DNA of 36,056 nucleotides. Origin: Anaerolineales bacterium UBA6128. Its GTDB lineage: Bacteria; Chloroflexota; Anaerolineae; UBA1429. The notes under the pieces were generated by a model that was not told the DNA's origin, made no database searches, and saw only the letters and a program-made list of their open reading frames with translations. The translations under genes and the position numbers were made by a program. The stretch covers positions 1,983 through 38,038 of the forward strand of contig DIVQ01000208.1 of NCBI GenBank assembly GCA_002423325.1, in the 5' to 3' direction. This document shows, in pieces, positions 14,510 to 23,614 of the stretch (position 1 is its first letter; each line of letters opens with the position of its first letter).

Positions 14510-17500
14510 TTGCTGATTAACGCGATACTGCATGGCACCTGGATACCGGCTGATGGCTCGGAGGGCCAGCCCTTTTTTGTCTGGGCCGAGCGTTCGGCCG
14601 AACAGGTGCGCGCGCACCCCGGCAGCCCCCGCATCCAGCGACACCCCTACGCGGCCACGACTATCGAGATCGCGCACTTGCTCGACACCTACATGCCGGA
14701 CTCGGATTGGCGCAGCGCCGAACGCCTGACGCGGATCGTGTTGTTGCCTTCAACCGACAGAGCTCCGGTGATGCCCGGCTGGCTGGTGGAGGATGATATC
14801 CCCGAGCCGGGCGAGGTAGGTCTTGTGCCGTGGCGCGTCGAGGGCATTGGCGTGTCGGTGCTCGAGGTGCTCGATGTGCTAGCCGCGCTGCCGCTCGAAC
14901 AGACGCAGCCCAGGACGCAACGCGGCGTGGGCGCCGACCTGCGCTACTGGGGACTGGTCGCAAAGTTTGCGCTTGAGCTCCTGGCGCGGCAACGCTACCT
15001 TCCCGGACTGCGTGCGATGGACGAGGGCATTCATGCCGTCTGGCAGCCTGTGCTGGACGATCCTGACGACGCCGCGCGCGTGGCGACGCTGGCCAGAGGC
15101 ATGCCGCCAGCCTGTCGCGCGCTGTTGCGTGAGGGCGCCGACACCAGCGAGGCCAGCCTGCCCCCTGCTGAAGAGGTGTTGCTGAGCTTTCTCGAGCAAC
15201 TCGTTGATCACGCCGTGAGAGACTGGACCCGCCCGGCGAACGGCTCTGGCGTGCGCACTTGGGACCGACTCCTCAGTCGCACCGGGACCGGTCTGGCCGA
15301 AACCTGGTGGCGGGCGCTCTGGTCCGAAAAGCGACTGGTTGAGGCCCCCGGCAATCGCGCCGATGTGGGGCGCTTTTACCAGAGCTGGCAGAGCTGGACG
15401 CTGCGCGCGCGCCCTGCCGCCGACGTCGCCTTTCGGCTCTGCTTCCGGCTGGAGCCCCCCGACACCAATGATGTAGGCGAGACGACGCCCAACTGGACGC
15501 TGCACTATTTCTTGCAGGCCAGGGACGACCCCAGCCTGATGGTGCCGGCGCGGGACGTGTGGCACGAGCGGGGCAACGTGCTCAACTATCTGAACCGGCG
15601 CTTTGACCGGCCCCAGGAGACGTTGCTCGCTGGGCTGGGGATGGCCGCGCGCCTGTGCCCGGCCATCCAGCGCAGTCTGCGCTCCGAATGTCCAGAAGAG
15701 GCCACGATGTCTCCGCAAGAGGCCTACACCTTTTTGCGTGAGACGGCGCGCTTGCTCGAGGGTACCGGGTTTGGCGTGCTGGTGCCGCCCTGGTGGAACA
15801 AGCCTGATACACGCCTGCGCGTGCGCGCGCGGCTGCAGGCGGGCGGCGGCATCGAGGGCTCGGGCATCCTCAGCATGGATTCGCTGGTAGCCTACGACTG
15901 GGAACTGGCGCTGGGTGATGAGCCTCTCAGCCGCGAGGAATTCGAACGCCTCGCGGCGCTCAAGACGCCGCTGGTGCGCGTGCGTGGACGTTGGGTGCTG
16001 CTGCAGCCCGATCAGGTAGAGGCGGCCATCGCCTTCTGGGAGCGCCAGCGCGCCCAGAACCAGTTGCCCTTGCGCGATGCGTTGGGCTTGATGCTGGGTA
16101 CACAGACCGAGATCGACGGTCTGGACGTGACCGAGGTGAAACTCGATTCGGTGCTGCAGGACCTGATGGAGGCCCTGACGCGTGGCGAGCGCCTTGAGAC
16201 GCTGCCGCCGCCGCCCGGGTTCGTCGGCCAATTGCGGCCTTACCAGGTACGCGGCTACTCCTGGCTGGCGTTCCTGCAGCGCTGGGGCTTTGGCGCCTGT
16301 CTGGCTGATGACATGGGCCTGGGCAAGACAATCCAGGCCATTGCGCTGCTGTTGCACGATGCCGACCGGCAGCCCGACGGGCAGCCTTCGCTGGTCATCT
16401 GCCCCACTTCAGTGGTGGGGAACTGGCAGCGCGAGGTGGCGCGCTTTGGTCCCGACCTGCGCGTGATGGTGCATCATGGCGCTGGGCGGGCAGAGGGCGC
16501 CGGTTTTGTGGCGCAGACGCAGCAGAATGATCTCGTGATCAGCACCTATGGCTTGGTGCGGCGGGATATCAAAGATCTGACGCGGGTGCATTGGCGCAAC
16601 ATCATCCTGGATGAAGCGCAGAACATCAAAAATCCGCTGACCAAGCAGGCGCGCGCGGTGCGGCAATTGCTGGGAAGCAACCGCATCGCCCTGACGGGCA
16701 CGCCGATCGAAAACCACCTCACCGAACTATGGTCGATCCTCTCGTTTCTCAATCCGGGCTACCTGGGCAGTAACGACAGCTTTCGACGCAAATTCGCGCT
16801 GCCCATTGAGCGCTATCAGGATCAGACGGCCGCCGAACGTCTGCGAACATTGGTGCGACCCTTTGTGCTGCGACGACTCAAGACCGATCCGCTGGTCATC
16901 CAGGACCTGCCGGACAAGTTCGAGTCCAAGGTATACTGCAACCTGACGCGCGAGCAGGCGACTCTGTATGAGGCGGTGGTGCGCGACGCGATGGAAGCGC
17001 TGCGTGCCGTGGACCACGATGGGACCCCGATTCAACGTCGTGGCATCGTGCTGGCGATGCTGACGCGGCTCAAGCAAGTCTGCAACCACCCCACCCTCTA
17101 TCTGGGCGATGGCTCAGAGACGACGGGGCGCTCCGGCAAGCTGAATCGCCTGTGCGAGATGCTCGAGGAGGCGCTGGCCGTGGGCGACCGCGCGCTGATT
17201 TTCACACAGTTTGCGCAAATGGGCTTCCTGCTGCAGCGTCACTTGCGTGAGACGTTTGGCCAGGATGTGTTCCTGCTGCATGGCGGCACGCCGCAGAAAC
17301 AGCGCGATCGCATGCTGCAGGCGTTCCAAGAGCAGCCGGACTCACCGGCGTTGTTCGTGCTGTCACTCAAGGCGGGCGGCACGGGCCTGAACCTGATGCG
17401 CGCGAACCACGTCTTTCACTATGATCGCTGGTGGAACCCGGCGGTGGAGAATCAGGCCACGGACCGCGCCTACCGCATCGGGCAGACGCGCGATGTTCAG

Positions 17501-17677
17501 GTGCACAAGTTCATCTGCCTGGGCACGCTCGAGGAGCGCATCGACATGCTCATCGAGAGCAAGAGCGCCCTGGCCGAGAGCGTGGTGGGCGTGGGCGAAG
17601 AGAGCGTTACAGAGCTGAGTACAGACGAGCTGTACGACCTGCTGGCGCTGCGTAGGGAAGCGGTGGAGACGAGCTAG
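14510..17677 (+). CDS. SNF2-family DEAD/DEAH-box helicase with a long N-terminal SNF2-associated region
   Basis: TTG start is preceded by TGGAG. Helicase motifs present: 'LADDMGLGKT' (I), 'ILDEAQNIKN' (II), 'LTGTPIEN' (III) and 'QATDRAYRIGQ' (VI). About 600 aa lie N-terminal to the ATPase core. Confidence 0.9.
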   Translation: MLINAILHGTWIPADGSEGQPFFVWAERSAEQVRAHPGSPRIQRHPYAATTIEIAHLLDTYMPDSDWRSAERLTRIVLLPSTDRAPVMPGWLVEDDIPEPGEVGLVPWRVEGIGVSVLEVLDVLAALPLEQTQPRTQRGVGADLRYWGLVAKFALELLARQRYLPGLRAMDEGIHAVWQPVLDDPDDAARVATLARGMPPACRALLREGADTSEASLPPAEEVLLSFLEQLVDHAVRDWTRPANGSGVRTWDRLLSRTGTGLAETWWRALWSEKRLVEAPGNRADVGRFYQSWQSWTLRARPAADVAFRLCFRLEPPDTNDVGETTPNWTLHYFLQARDDPSLMVPARDVWHERGNVLNYLNRRFDRPQETLLAGLGMAARLCPAIQRSLRSECPEEATMSPQEAYTFLRETARLLEGTGFGVLVPPWWNKPDTRLRVRARLQAGGGIEGSGILSMDSLVAYDWELALGDEPLSREEFERLAALKTPLVRVRGRWVLLQPDQVEAAIAFWERQRAQNQLPLRDALGLMLGTQTEIDGLDVTEVKLDSVLQDLMEALTRGERLETLPPPPGFVGQLRPYQVRGYSWLAFLQRWGFGACLADDMGLGKTIQAIALLLHDADRQPDGQPSLVICPTSVVGNWQREVARFGPDLRVMVHHGAGRAEGAGFVAQTQQNDLVISTYGLVRRDIKDLTRVHWRNIILDEAQNIKNPLTKQARAVRQLLGSNRIALTGTPIENHLTELWSILSFLNPGYLGSNDSFRRKFALPIERYQDQTAAERLRTLVRPFVLRRLKTDPLVIQDLPDKFESKVYCNLTREQATLYEAVVRDAMEALRAVDHDGTPIQRRGIVLAMLTRLKQVCNHPTLYLGDGSETTGRSGKLNRLCEMLEEALAVGDRALIFTQFAQMGFLLQRHLRETFGQDVFLLHGGTPQKQRDRMLQAFQEQPDSPALFVLSLKAGGTGLNLMRANHVFHYDRWWNPAVENQATDRAYRIGQTRDVQVHKFICLGTLEERIDMLIESKSALAESVVGVGEESVTELSTDELYDLLALRREAVETS

Positions 17678-17678
17678 T

Positions 17679-18626
17679 ATGGTGCGCAAGGGCAAGCAGC
17701 AACAGAGTAACGAGCCGTTCTGGGTGCACGAACGCACCGACCCGATCCCGGTCATCGGAGGCCTGCGGGCGCGCAGCCAGCGCGGCGCCTTTACACAGAC
17801 CTGGTGGGCGACGGCGTGGGAGCAAGCGCTGCTGAGCTGGATCGACGCCGGCCGGCTGAGTCGTGGCAAGACGTATGCTCGGCGCGGCCAGGTGGTTGAA
17901 CTCGAGATCCATCCGGGCCAGGTGCTCGCGCGCGTGCAGGGCTCGCGCCCCACGCCTTACCGGCTGCGGATCGCGATCCAGCCGTTCAGCGATGCGGAGT
18001 GGGCGCGCGTGGTGGACAGCCTGTCGCAGCAGGCGGGCTACAGCGCAATGCTGCTCAACGGACAAATGCCCCGCGAGATCGAGCGGTTGTTTGACGATCT
18101 GGGGCTTTCGCTATTCCCCAGTGCCGAGTCCGACGTGCTGATGGCCTGCTCGTGCCCGGATGGCGACGCGGCCTGTAAGCACCTTGCGGCGGTGCTGTTG
18201 CTGGTGGGCGAACGCCTCGACCTCGACCCCTTTCTGCTCTTTGTGTTGCGAGGCCGCACGCGTGACCAAGTGGTCCAGGCCCTGCGCGAGCGACGGGCAG
18301 ACCGGCTCGAGTTGGCGAGCGACAGCGAACGGGTGGTTGAGCAGCCGTTGTACGAGGACGAGCCTGTGCACAGCAGCGGCATAGACCTCGAGCGGTTCTG
18401 GCAGCCCGGCCCGGAGCTGGCCGCTCTGCAGATCAGGGTGCGGCCGCCCGAAGTCTCGCACGAGGTACTGCAAGTGCTGGGCGAGCCCGGCTTTGCCCAG
18501 GACACCCCCATGCAGGATCGGCTGATGCGCGTCTATGACGCGGTGACGGAGCGAGCCCTGGAGGTAGCCTTTGAGGAGCCCCCCGAGTCCGCTCCCGAGA
18601 ACGGCGGCGCTGATAACGGCCAGTAG
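17679..18626 (+). CDS. SWIM zinc-finger domain protein
   Basis: ATG lies 1 nt after the SNF2 stop. 'CSCPDGDAACKHLAAVLL' matches the SWIM C-x-C-x(n)-C-x-H signature. Confidence 0.85.
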   Translation: MVRKGKQQQSNEPFWVHERTDPIPVIGGLRARSQRGAFTQTWWATAWEQALLSWIDAGRLSRGKTYARRGQVVELEIHPGQVLARVQGSRPTPYRLRIAIQPFSDAEWARVVDSLSQQAGYSAMLLNGQMPREIERLFDDLGLSLFPSAESDVLMACSCPDGDAACKHLAAVLLLVGERLDLDPFLLFVLRGRTRDQVVQALRERRADRLELASDSERVVEQPLYEDEPVHSSGIDLERFWQPGPELAALQIRVRPPEVSHEVLQVLGEPGFAQDTPMQDRLMRVYDAVTERALEVAFEEPPESAPENGGADNGQ

Positions 18627-18631
18627 GCGCG

Positions 18632-20626
18632 TCAGCACACTTCCAGGCGCAGCACGGTGAACGAATGCGCCGGAAAGGTGTGGTCGAGCGCCTCGCCCTG
18701 CCAGGCTTGTGACCATCTCTCGGGCGCGATCCATCGCGGTGCGTCAGGCGTGTTTTCGGCATCGAGCGGTCCGCGCAGACACGAGACGAGTGCGCGTCCG
18801 GACGCAACAGGATCGGTGCCCCACTGCACCCGCACCGGCAGATCGACCGCCTCCAGATTGACCACTTTGACGACCAGCGTGCGACCGTCCTCGCTGCGTG
18901 ATGCGCTCACGTCAAGGGCGTCGCCCGCGCCAATGACCTCGGCCTGTACACTTGATGGTTGATAGTTGTGTGCGATCATCTGTTGGGCATAGTAGGGCGG
19001 CATGCCCCAGACCTGATCGGGCGTGAAAAAGAGCTGCCCTTGATCCCAGCGGTTGTCGTTCTGCTGCCAGGGCTGCAGGCAGTTGGCCGGGCAATCGATG
19101 ACCACCTCTCCCGCCAGGCGTTCCATGGTGTTGACCATGTGGGCGTGGCCGAGCGCGCGTTGCACGTCGTGGCGTCCCCCGTTCTCTTCCAGCACGCAAA
19201 ATCGGACCGTGTTGCCCGGGTCCAGGGCGTCGATGCGGGCGCGCAGTGCCGCCAGAAAGCGCTCGGCTATGTCGGCATCGCGCAAGCCGTCGCCGCCCAC
19301 ATGGATGTCCCACAGCACCTTGCGACCACGGCTCGCCTCCAGCAACTGGCGCAGCGGCTCGACGTTCTCGGGATAGAACAACTCTGCCTCGCTGTAGAGC
19401 CAGTGTCCGGCAATTACCGTCATCTCGGGGTCGGCGGCAGCGATCGCCAGCACATGGTCCCTGAAAAGCGCGGGATAGTCGCGGCGGATCAAACTGCGTG
19501 CCCCGCCGGGCGCGGCGATGCGGGTCAGTTCCTCATTGCCGATCTCGATGTAGCGCACCCCGAAGGGTTCGGGGTAGCCGTCGTCGACGCGGCGCTGACC
19601 CCAGGGGGTATTCGCGTCGCCGTTCATGTATTGGATCAGGTCGACGACATCGGCGGGGTCCTCGGATGGGCAGAGCGCAGGCACGGCCAGCATTCCGGCG
19701 GCATGGCAAAAGGCCACGAACTCGGGGACGCCAAAGCCGTTGCTGGCATGGATATAGTAGTGTCCAAGGAAGGGAGCACGGTCGGAGCGCGGGCCTACCA
19801 TGTTCTTCCAACGGTAGCCGGGTCCGGTCGCGCGTTGCTCCGCGCCCCAGTCGGTATTGATCATCGTGCCGCCGCAGCGCAGCACCGTCAGCCCCTGCGC
19901 TATCAGCGCCTCGGCGATGTCGGCGCGAGCCGGCAGATCACGGAAGCGCCCCCAAGGACCGGGCTGCAGCGCGACATAATCGAGCCAGACGGCGCCCGGC
20001 GCGTGCAGGCTGATGGCCAGCCGGCCGGCCACATCACTGTCGGTAGGCGTGAGGGCAAAGGTACGGGTCTGCCAATTGCCGTCGCCTGCGACCGACAGCA
20101 CGGTTTCAGCGTACAGGCGCTGTCCGTCGCCGCTCTCGAGCGTAAGATGGACCTCGGTGGGCTCGTCGGCCAGCAGAACGATGGTCCCCTCGTAGGGGCG
20201 CCTGGACACCAGATTCATGCCCCAGCGGTTCAGTCCACAGTTCTCGATGCCGATGCGCCCGGCACCGCCGAGGTGGCGCAGCATCTGGCTGCGGCGACCG
20301 CGGCGGGCGCGCAGCACCGACGCCTCCAATTGGCCGCGGGCGTCGCCGTCACGCAGGGGCTGCCAGGAACGCACAGCGCTGCGGTCGTGCAGGTGGGTGC
20401 GTTCTGCGCGGCAGCTCAGCGTGCCCGAGAGGCCCTGCCAGCGCGGATCGAGGGCCGGCGAGATGTCCATCGGCTCCTCTTCAAAGCTCTCGCCAAAGAC
20501 CATCTGGCTGTAGAGCCCGCCATGGATCTCGTGGTTGACGTCCTCGATGCAGGCGCCAGTGAGATAGGGAGAGATGGGGCCGAGGATGCAATCGGGCGAG
20601 ATTTCGATGCGAGCGTGTTGTGACAT
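18632..20626 (-). CDS. glycoside hydrolase, alpha-L-arabinofuranosidase-like (GH51-like TIM barrel with inserted beta-sandwich/CBM-like domain)
   Basis: I chose ATG at 20626 (MSQHARIEI..), preceded by AAGGGG. 'GACIEDVNHEIHGGLYSQMVFGESFE' and 'RYIEIGNEE' resemble GH51-type N-terminal and acid/base regions. The family call is from recollection only. Confidence 0.55.
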   Translation of the reverse strand: MSQHARIEISPDCILGPISPYLTGACIEDVNHEIHGGLYSQMVFGESFEEEPMDISPALDPRWQGLSGTLSCRAERTHLHDRSAVRSWQPLRDGDARGQLEASVLRARRGRRSQMLRHLGGAGRIGIENCGLNRWGMNLVSRRPYEGTIVLLADEPTEVHLTLESGDGQRLYAETVLSVAGDGNWQTRTFALTPTDSDVAGRLAISLHAPGAVWLDYVALQPGPWGRFRDLPARADIAEALIAQGLTVLRCGGTMINTDWGAEQRATGPGYRWKNMVGPRSDRAPFLGHYYIHASNGFGVPEFVAFCHAAGMLAVPALCPSEDPADVVDLIQYMNGDANTPWGQRRVDDGYPEPFGVRYIEIGNEELTRIAAPGGARSLIRRDYPALFRDHVLAIAAADPEMTVIAGHWLYSEAELFYPENVEPLRQLLEASRGRKVLWDIHVGGDGLRDADIAERFLAALRARIDALDPGNTVRFCVLEENGGRHDVQRALGHAHMVNTMERLAGEVVIDCPANCLQPWQQNDNRWDQGQLFFTPDQVWGMPPYYAQQMIAHNYQPSSVQAEVIGAGDALDVSASRSEDGRTLVVKVVNLEAVDLPVRVQWGTDPVASGRALVSCLRGPLDAENTPDAPRWIAPERWSQAWQGEALDHTFPAHSFTVLRLEVC

Positions 20627-20733
20627 GCCGACCCCTTTGGCTGTGGGCGAATGCATTGGCGTGCGAATACGTATAGGCATTGTACCCGGCTCGGCAGAAA
20701 TCCGAAATGGCTGCTCAATGCGGGTCGGGCTCG

Positions 20734-20761
20734 TTGACAGCGTGACCGGCTTGACTATAAT
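20734..20761 (+). promoter_or_regulatory. promoter of the 143-aa hypothetical gene
   Basis: TTGACA - 16 nt - TATAAT, consensus hexamers. Confidence 0.6.
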
Positions 20762-20811
20762 GAGAGTGAGGCGCGGGCGCAGCAGCGCAAACACGCAAGG
20801 GGAGGTGTTTG

Positions 20812-21243
20812 ATGTTGGCAGAAGATATCGATCGCCAGGTCTTGTTTGAAGGCCTCGTGTACAATGAGCAAGGCGAGCGCGTGGCAATCGCCTTCATTGG
20901 GGGGGTGGCACACTATGCCATTCCCGATTGTGGCTTTATGCGGCACGTGGAGGCTCGCAAAATCGACGATGCCGTCCTGGCGAGGCTGAAGGAGCAGGTC
21001 ACCTCTCAGAAGGAGGACCTGGTGCGCGGGATGCTCGAGATGCTCGGCAAGGACGATCTGTTCACCAAAGCCGCTATCGATGCGTCGATCCGCAATATGG
21101 ACCAGCAAATCCGCCAGAGCGACCGCAGTCAGTGGGGCCCCTGGCTGCAACTGCTTGGGTTCCGCGTCGTCGTGGACGTGCACGGCGATGTCGTCGACCT
21201 GCTCTACCCGCAGCAGCCGGAGGTCGGGCCGGACGAGGAGTAA
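20812..21243 (+). CDS. hypothetical protein (143 aa)
   Basis: ATG is preceded by GGGGAGG. It has its own TTGACA/TATAAT promoter and a downstream terminator. The acidic, soluble-looking protein matches no family I recognise. Confidence 0.6.
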   Translation: MLAEDIDRQVLFEGLVYNEQGERVAIAFIGGVAHYAIPDCGFMRHVEARKIDDAVLARLKEQVTSQKEDLVRGMLEMLGKDDLFTKAAIDASIRNMDQQIRQSDRSQWGPWLQLLGFRVVVDVHGDVVDLLYPQQPEVGPDEE

Positions 21244-21289
21244 CGCGACGTGCCGGCAATCGCTTGTCGCCGGCACTCCCAGTAGCAGT

Positions 21290-21334
21290 GCGCCCCCACC
21301 ACGCAAACTGCGTGGCGCGGGGCGCGTATTTTCC
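21290..21334 (+). terminator. intrinsic terminator after the 143-aa gene
   Basis: GC-rich compound hairpin GCGCCCC..CCACGC-AAACT-GCGTGG..GGGGCGC followed by GTATTTTCC. It is preceded by a second 8-bp hairpin GTGCCGGC/GCCGGCAC at about 21250-21276. Confidence 0.7.
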
Positions 21335-21375
21335 TGGTTGCAAGCCCACCGCGCGCTCCCGCGCGGCCTTGTCTT

Positions 21376-21404
21376 TTGACAGCATCGCGCAAGCACCCTA
21401 TCAT
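21376..21404 (+). promoter_or_regulatory. promoter of hppA
   Basis: TTGACA - 17 nt - TATCAT. The leader of about 80 nt contains the hairpin GGCGGGC-GGA-GCCCGCC. Confidence 0.6.
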
Positions 21405-21488
21405 GTTGTCTTGGGTGTCTTTGGCGGGCGGAGCCCGCCATGCGGCGCGCAATGCATTCTATGCTGGCGTATGCAGCAAGGAGGGGTA

Positions 21489-23504
21489 ATGGGCTGGGAG
21501 ATTGTCTCGCTGGTGTTTGGAGCCATTTCGATCGGCGTCGCGGCCTATTTCTGGGTCTGGACGATGAAGCAGACCAACGACAATCCAGTGATGGAAGAGT
21601 TCTCCAAGGCGGTCCAGGAGGGCGCCCAGGCGTACCTCAAGCGCTTGTTCCAGGCCCTTGGGTTGCTCGCGGGGGTTATCGCTCTGGTGATGCTGGTTGC
21701 CCTCGGGTGGCAGAAAGCCATCGCTTATTTGTTTGGCGCTGCCTGCTCGGCGGCGGCCGGCTATGTGGGCATGACGGTTGCGACGCGCGCGAATGCACGC
21801 GTGGCTTGGGCTGCCCGCGAAGGCCTCAAGAAGGCCTTCCCGGTGGGGTTCAACGCCGGCGCCGTGATGGGCTTTGCCATGGTGGGCGTCGCGCTGATCG
21901 GGATGACGCTGATCTATATGATCTTTCAATCCCCAGACGTGGTGCTGGGCTTTAGCTTTGGCGCGAGCTCGCTGGCGCTGCTGGCCAAGGCGGGCGGCGG
22001 CATCTATACAAAGACGGCCGACATCGGCGCGGACCTGGTGGGCAAGGTCGAGTTCAACCTGGCCGAGGACGACCCGCGCAACCCCGCCGTCATCGCCGAC
22101 AACGTGGGCGACAACGTGGGCGATGTGGCCGGGATGGGGGCCGACATCTTTGACTCGTACGTGGCCAGCGTGGTTGCGGTGATGCTGCTGGGCTTTGAGC
22201 TGTACGGCAAGCGGGCCGACGGCGTCAGCTTTGTGGTGCTGCCGCTGGTTCTGGGAGCGGCGGGCGTCATCGCCTCGCTGGTGGGTATGCTGTTTGTGCG
22301 CACCGGTGAGAGCAACGATCCCGGGCGCGGGCTCAACATGGGCACCTATGCCACCACGGCCGTCTTTGCGCTATTGACGCTGGGCGTCGTATTCCTGATG
22401 GGCTTTGATCGTCCGCTCGGCATCTTTTGGCCGGCCTTTGCCGGACTGCTCGCGGGCGTCGTCATCGGCGTCACCTCTGACAAGTTCACCGACATCGACC
22501 AGCAGGCTGTGCAGCACACCGCCCACTCGGCCAATACGGGACCGGCGCTGCTGATCCTGGATGGCTTTTCATACGGGCTGCTGAGCATCGTGCCCTCGAT
22601 TCTGGGCATCTGCATCGCGATGCTGGCATCGTGGTTCCTGGCGCAGCACTATGGCCTGGCCGGCACGTATGGGGTCTCGCTGGCTGCGGTAGGCATGCTG
22701 TCAGTCACCGGCATGGTGGTGGCTTCGGACGCCTACGGGCCGATCGTGGACAACGCCAAGGGCTGTGCCGAGGCGGGTCACGAGAGCGAGGAGACCATCG
22801 CCGTCTGCGACCGCCTCGATGCGGCGGGCAACACCGCCAAGGCCATCACCAAAGGCTTTGCCATCGGCGCGGCCGCACTGACCGTGCTGGCGCTGTTTGC
22901 CGCGTACTCGGAGACGGTCAACGTCGACGTGCTCGACCTCAAGACCCCCGGTGTGGTGGTGGGGTTGTTCCTGGGGGCGATCATGCCGCCGCTGTTCTCG
23001 GCGCTCACCATTTTGTCGGTCAGTCGCAACGCCTTCAAGATGGTGGAAGAGATCCGTCGTCAGTTCCGCGAGATTCCCGGGCTGCTGGAGGGCAAGGCCA
23101 AGCCCGATAGCCGTCGCTGCGTCGACATTGCCGCGCGCGGCGCACTGAAAGAGCTGATTCTGCCCGGCAGCCTGTCGTTGATCACGCCCGTCGCTGTTGG
23201 GCTGGTTCTGGGTAAGTACGCGCTGGGCGGCTTTCTGGCGGGCTCGATCGTTACGGGCATCGTGTTTGCGCTGCTGATGGCCAACGCGGGCGGCCTGTGG
23301 GACAATGCCAAAAAGTTCATCGAGGATGGCGCGTACGGCGGCAAGGGCTCGGCTGCCCACAAAGCCGCGGTTGTGGGCGATACGGTGGGCGACCCCTTCA
23401 AGGACACCGCCGGCCCCTCGCTCAACACGCTCATCACGGTGATGTCGTTGGTGGCTACGGTCTTTGGCCCCGCCATCACCAGCATCACGCTGCTGGCGAT
23501 CTAG
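21489..23504 (+). CDS. hppA: K+/H+-type membrane-bound proton-translocating pyrophosphatase
   Basis: I chose ATG at 21489, preceded by AAGGAGGGG. Contains 'AVIADNVGDNVGDVAGMGADIFDSY' and 'AAVVGDTVGDPFKDTAGPSLN', the classic H+-PPase signatures. About 16 hydrophobic helices. Confidence 0.95.
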   Translation: MGWEIVSLVFGAISIGVAAYFWVWTMKQTNDNPVMEEFSKAVQEGAQAYLKRLFQALGLLAGVIALVMLVALGWQKAIAYLFGAACSAAAGYVGMTVATRANARVAWAAREGLKKAFPVGFNAGAVMGFAMVGVALIGMTLIYMIFQSPDVVLGFSFGASSLALLAKAGGGIYTKTADIGADLVGKVEFNLAEDDPRNPAVIADNVGDNVGDVAGMGADIFDSYVASVVAVMLLGFELYGKRADGVSFVVLPLVLGAAGVIASLVGMLFVRTGESNDPGRGLNMGTYATTAVFALLTLGVVFLMGFDRPLGIFWPAFAGLLAGVVIGVTSDKFTDIDQQAVQHTAHSANTGPALLILDGFSYGLLSIVPSILGICIAMLASWFLAQHYGLAGTYGVSLAAVGMLSVTGMVVASDAYGPIVDNAKGCAEAGHESEETIAVCDRLDAAGNTAKAITKGFAIGAAALTVLALFAAYSETVNVDVLDLKTPGVVVGLFLGAIMPPLFSALTILSVSRNAFKMVEEIRRQFREIPGLLEGKAKPDSRRCVDIAARGALKELILPGSLSLITPVAVGLVLGKYALGGFLAGSIVTGIVFALLMANAGGLWDNAKKFIEDGAYGGKGSAAHKAAVVGDTVGDPFKDTAGPSLNTLITVMSLVATVFGPAITSITLLAI

Positions 23505-23551
23505 TCGCGCTGAGAACGGCCCGCGCGCGGGCCCTGTCTCGGGTTAACATG

Positions 23552-23582
23552 AAAGGCCTCCCCCAGATGGGGGAGGCCTTTT
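23552..23582. terminator. bidirectional intrinsic terminator between convergent hppA and the isomerase-like gene
   Basis: Perfect 13-bp stem AAAGGCCTCCCCC / GGGGGAGGCCTTT with a 4-nt loop AGAT. It is flanked by T-runs when read on either strand. Confidence 0.85.
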
Positions 23583-23614
23583 CGCTTGTGTGCAAGGCGA
23601 ATGCGCTCGGGCGC

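Noticed and set aside
14510-18626. The SNF2 helicase as a DISARM/BREX-like defence component.
   Set aside because: No methyltransferase, DUF1998, PLD or other partner genes of those systems are adjacent. The pair is reported instead as a function-unknown SNF2+SWIM module.
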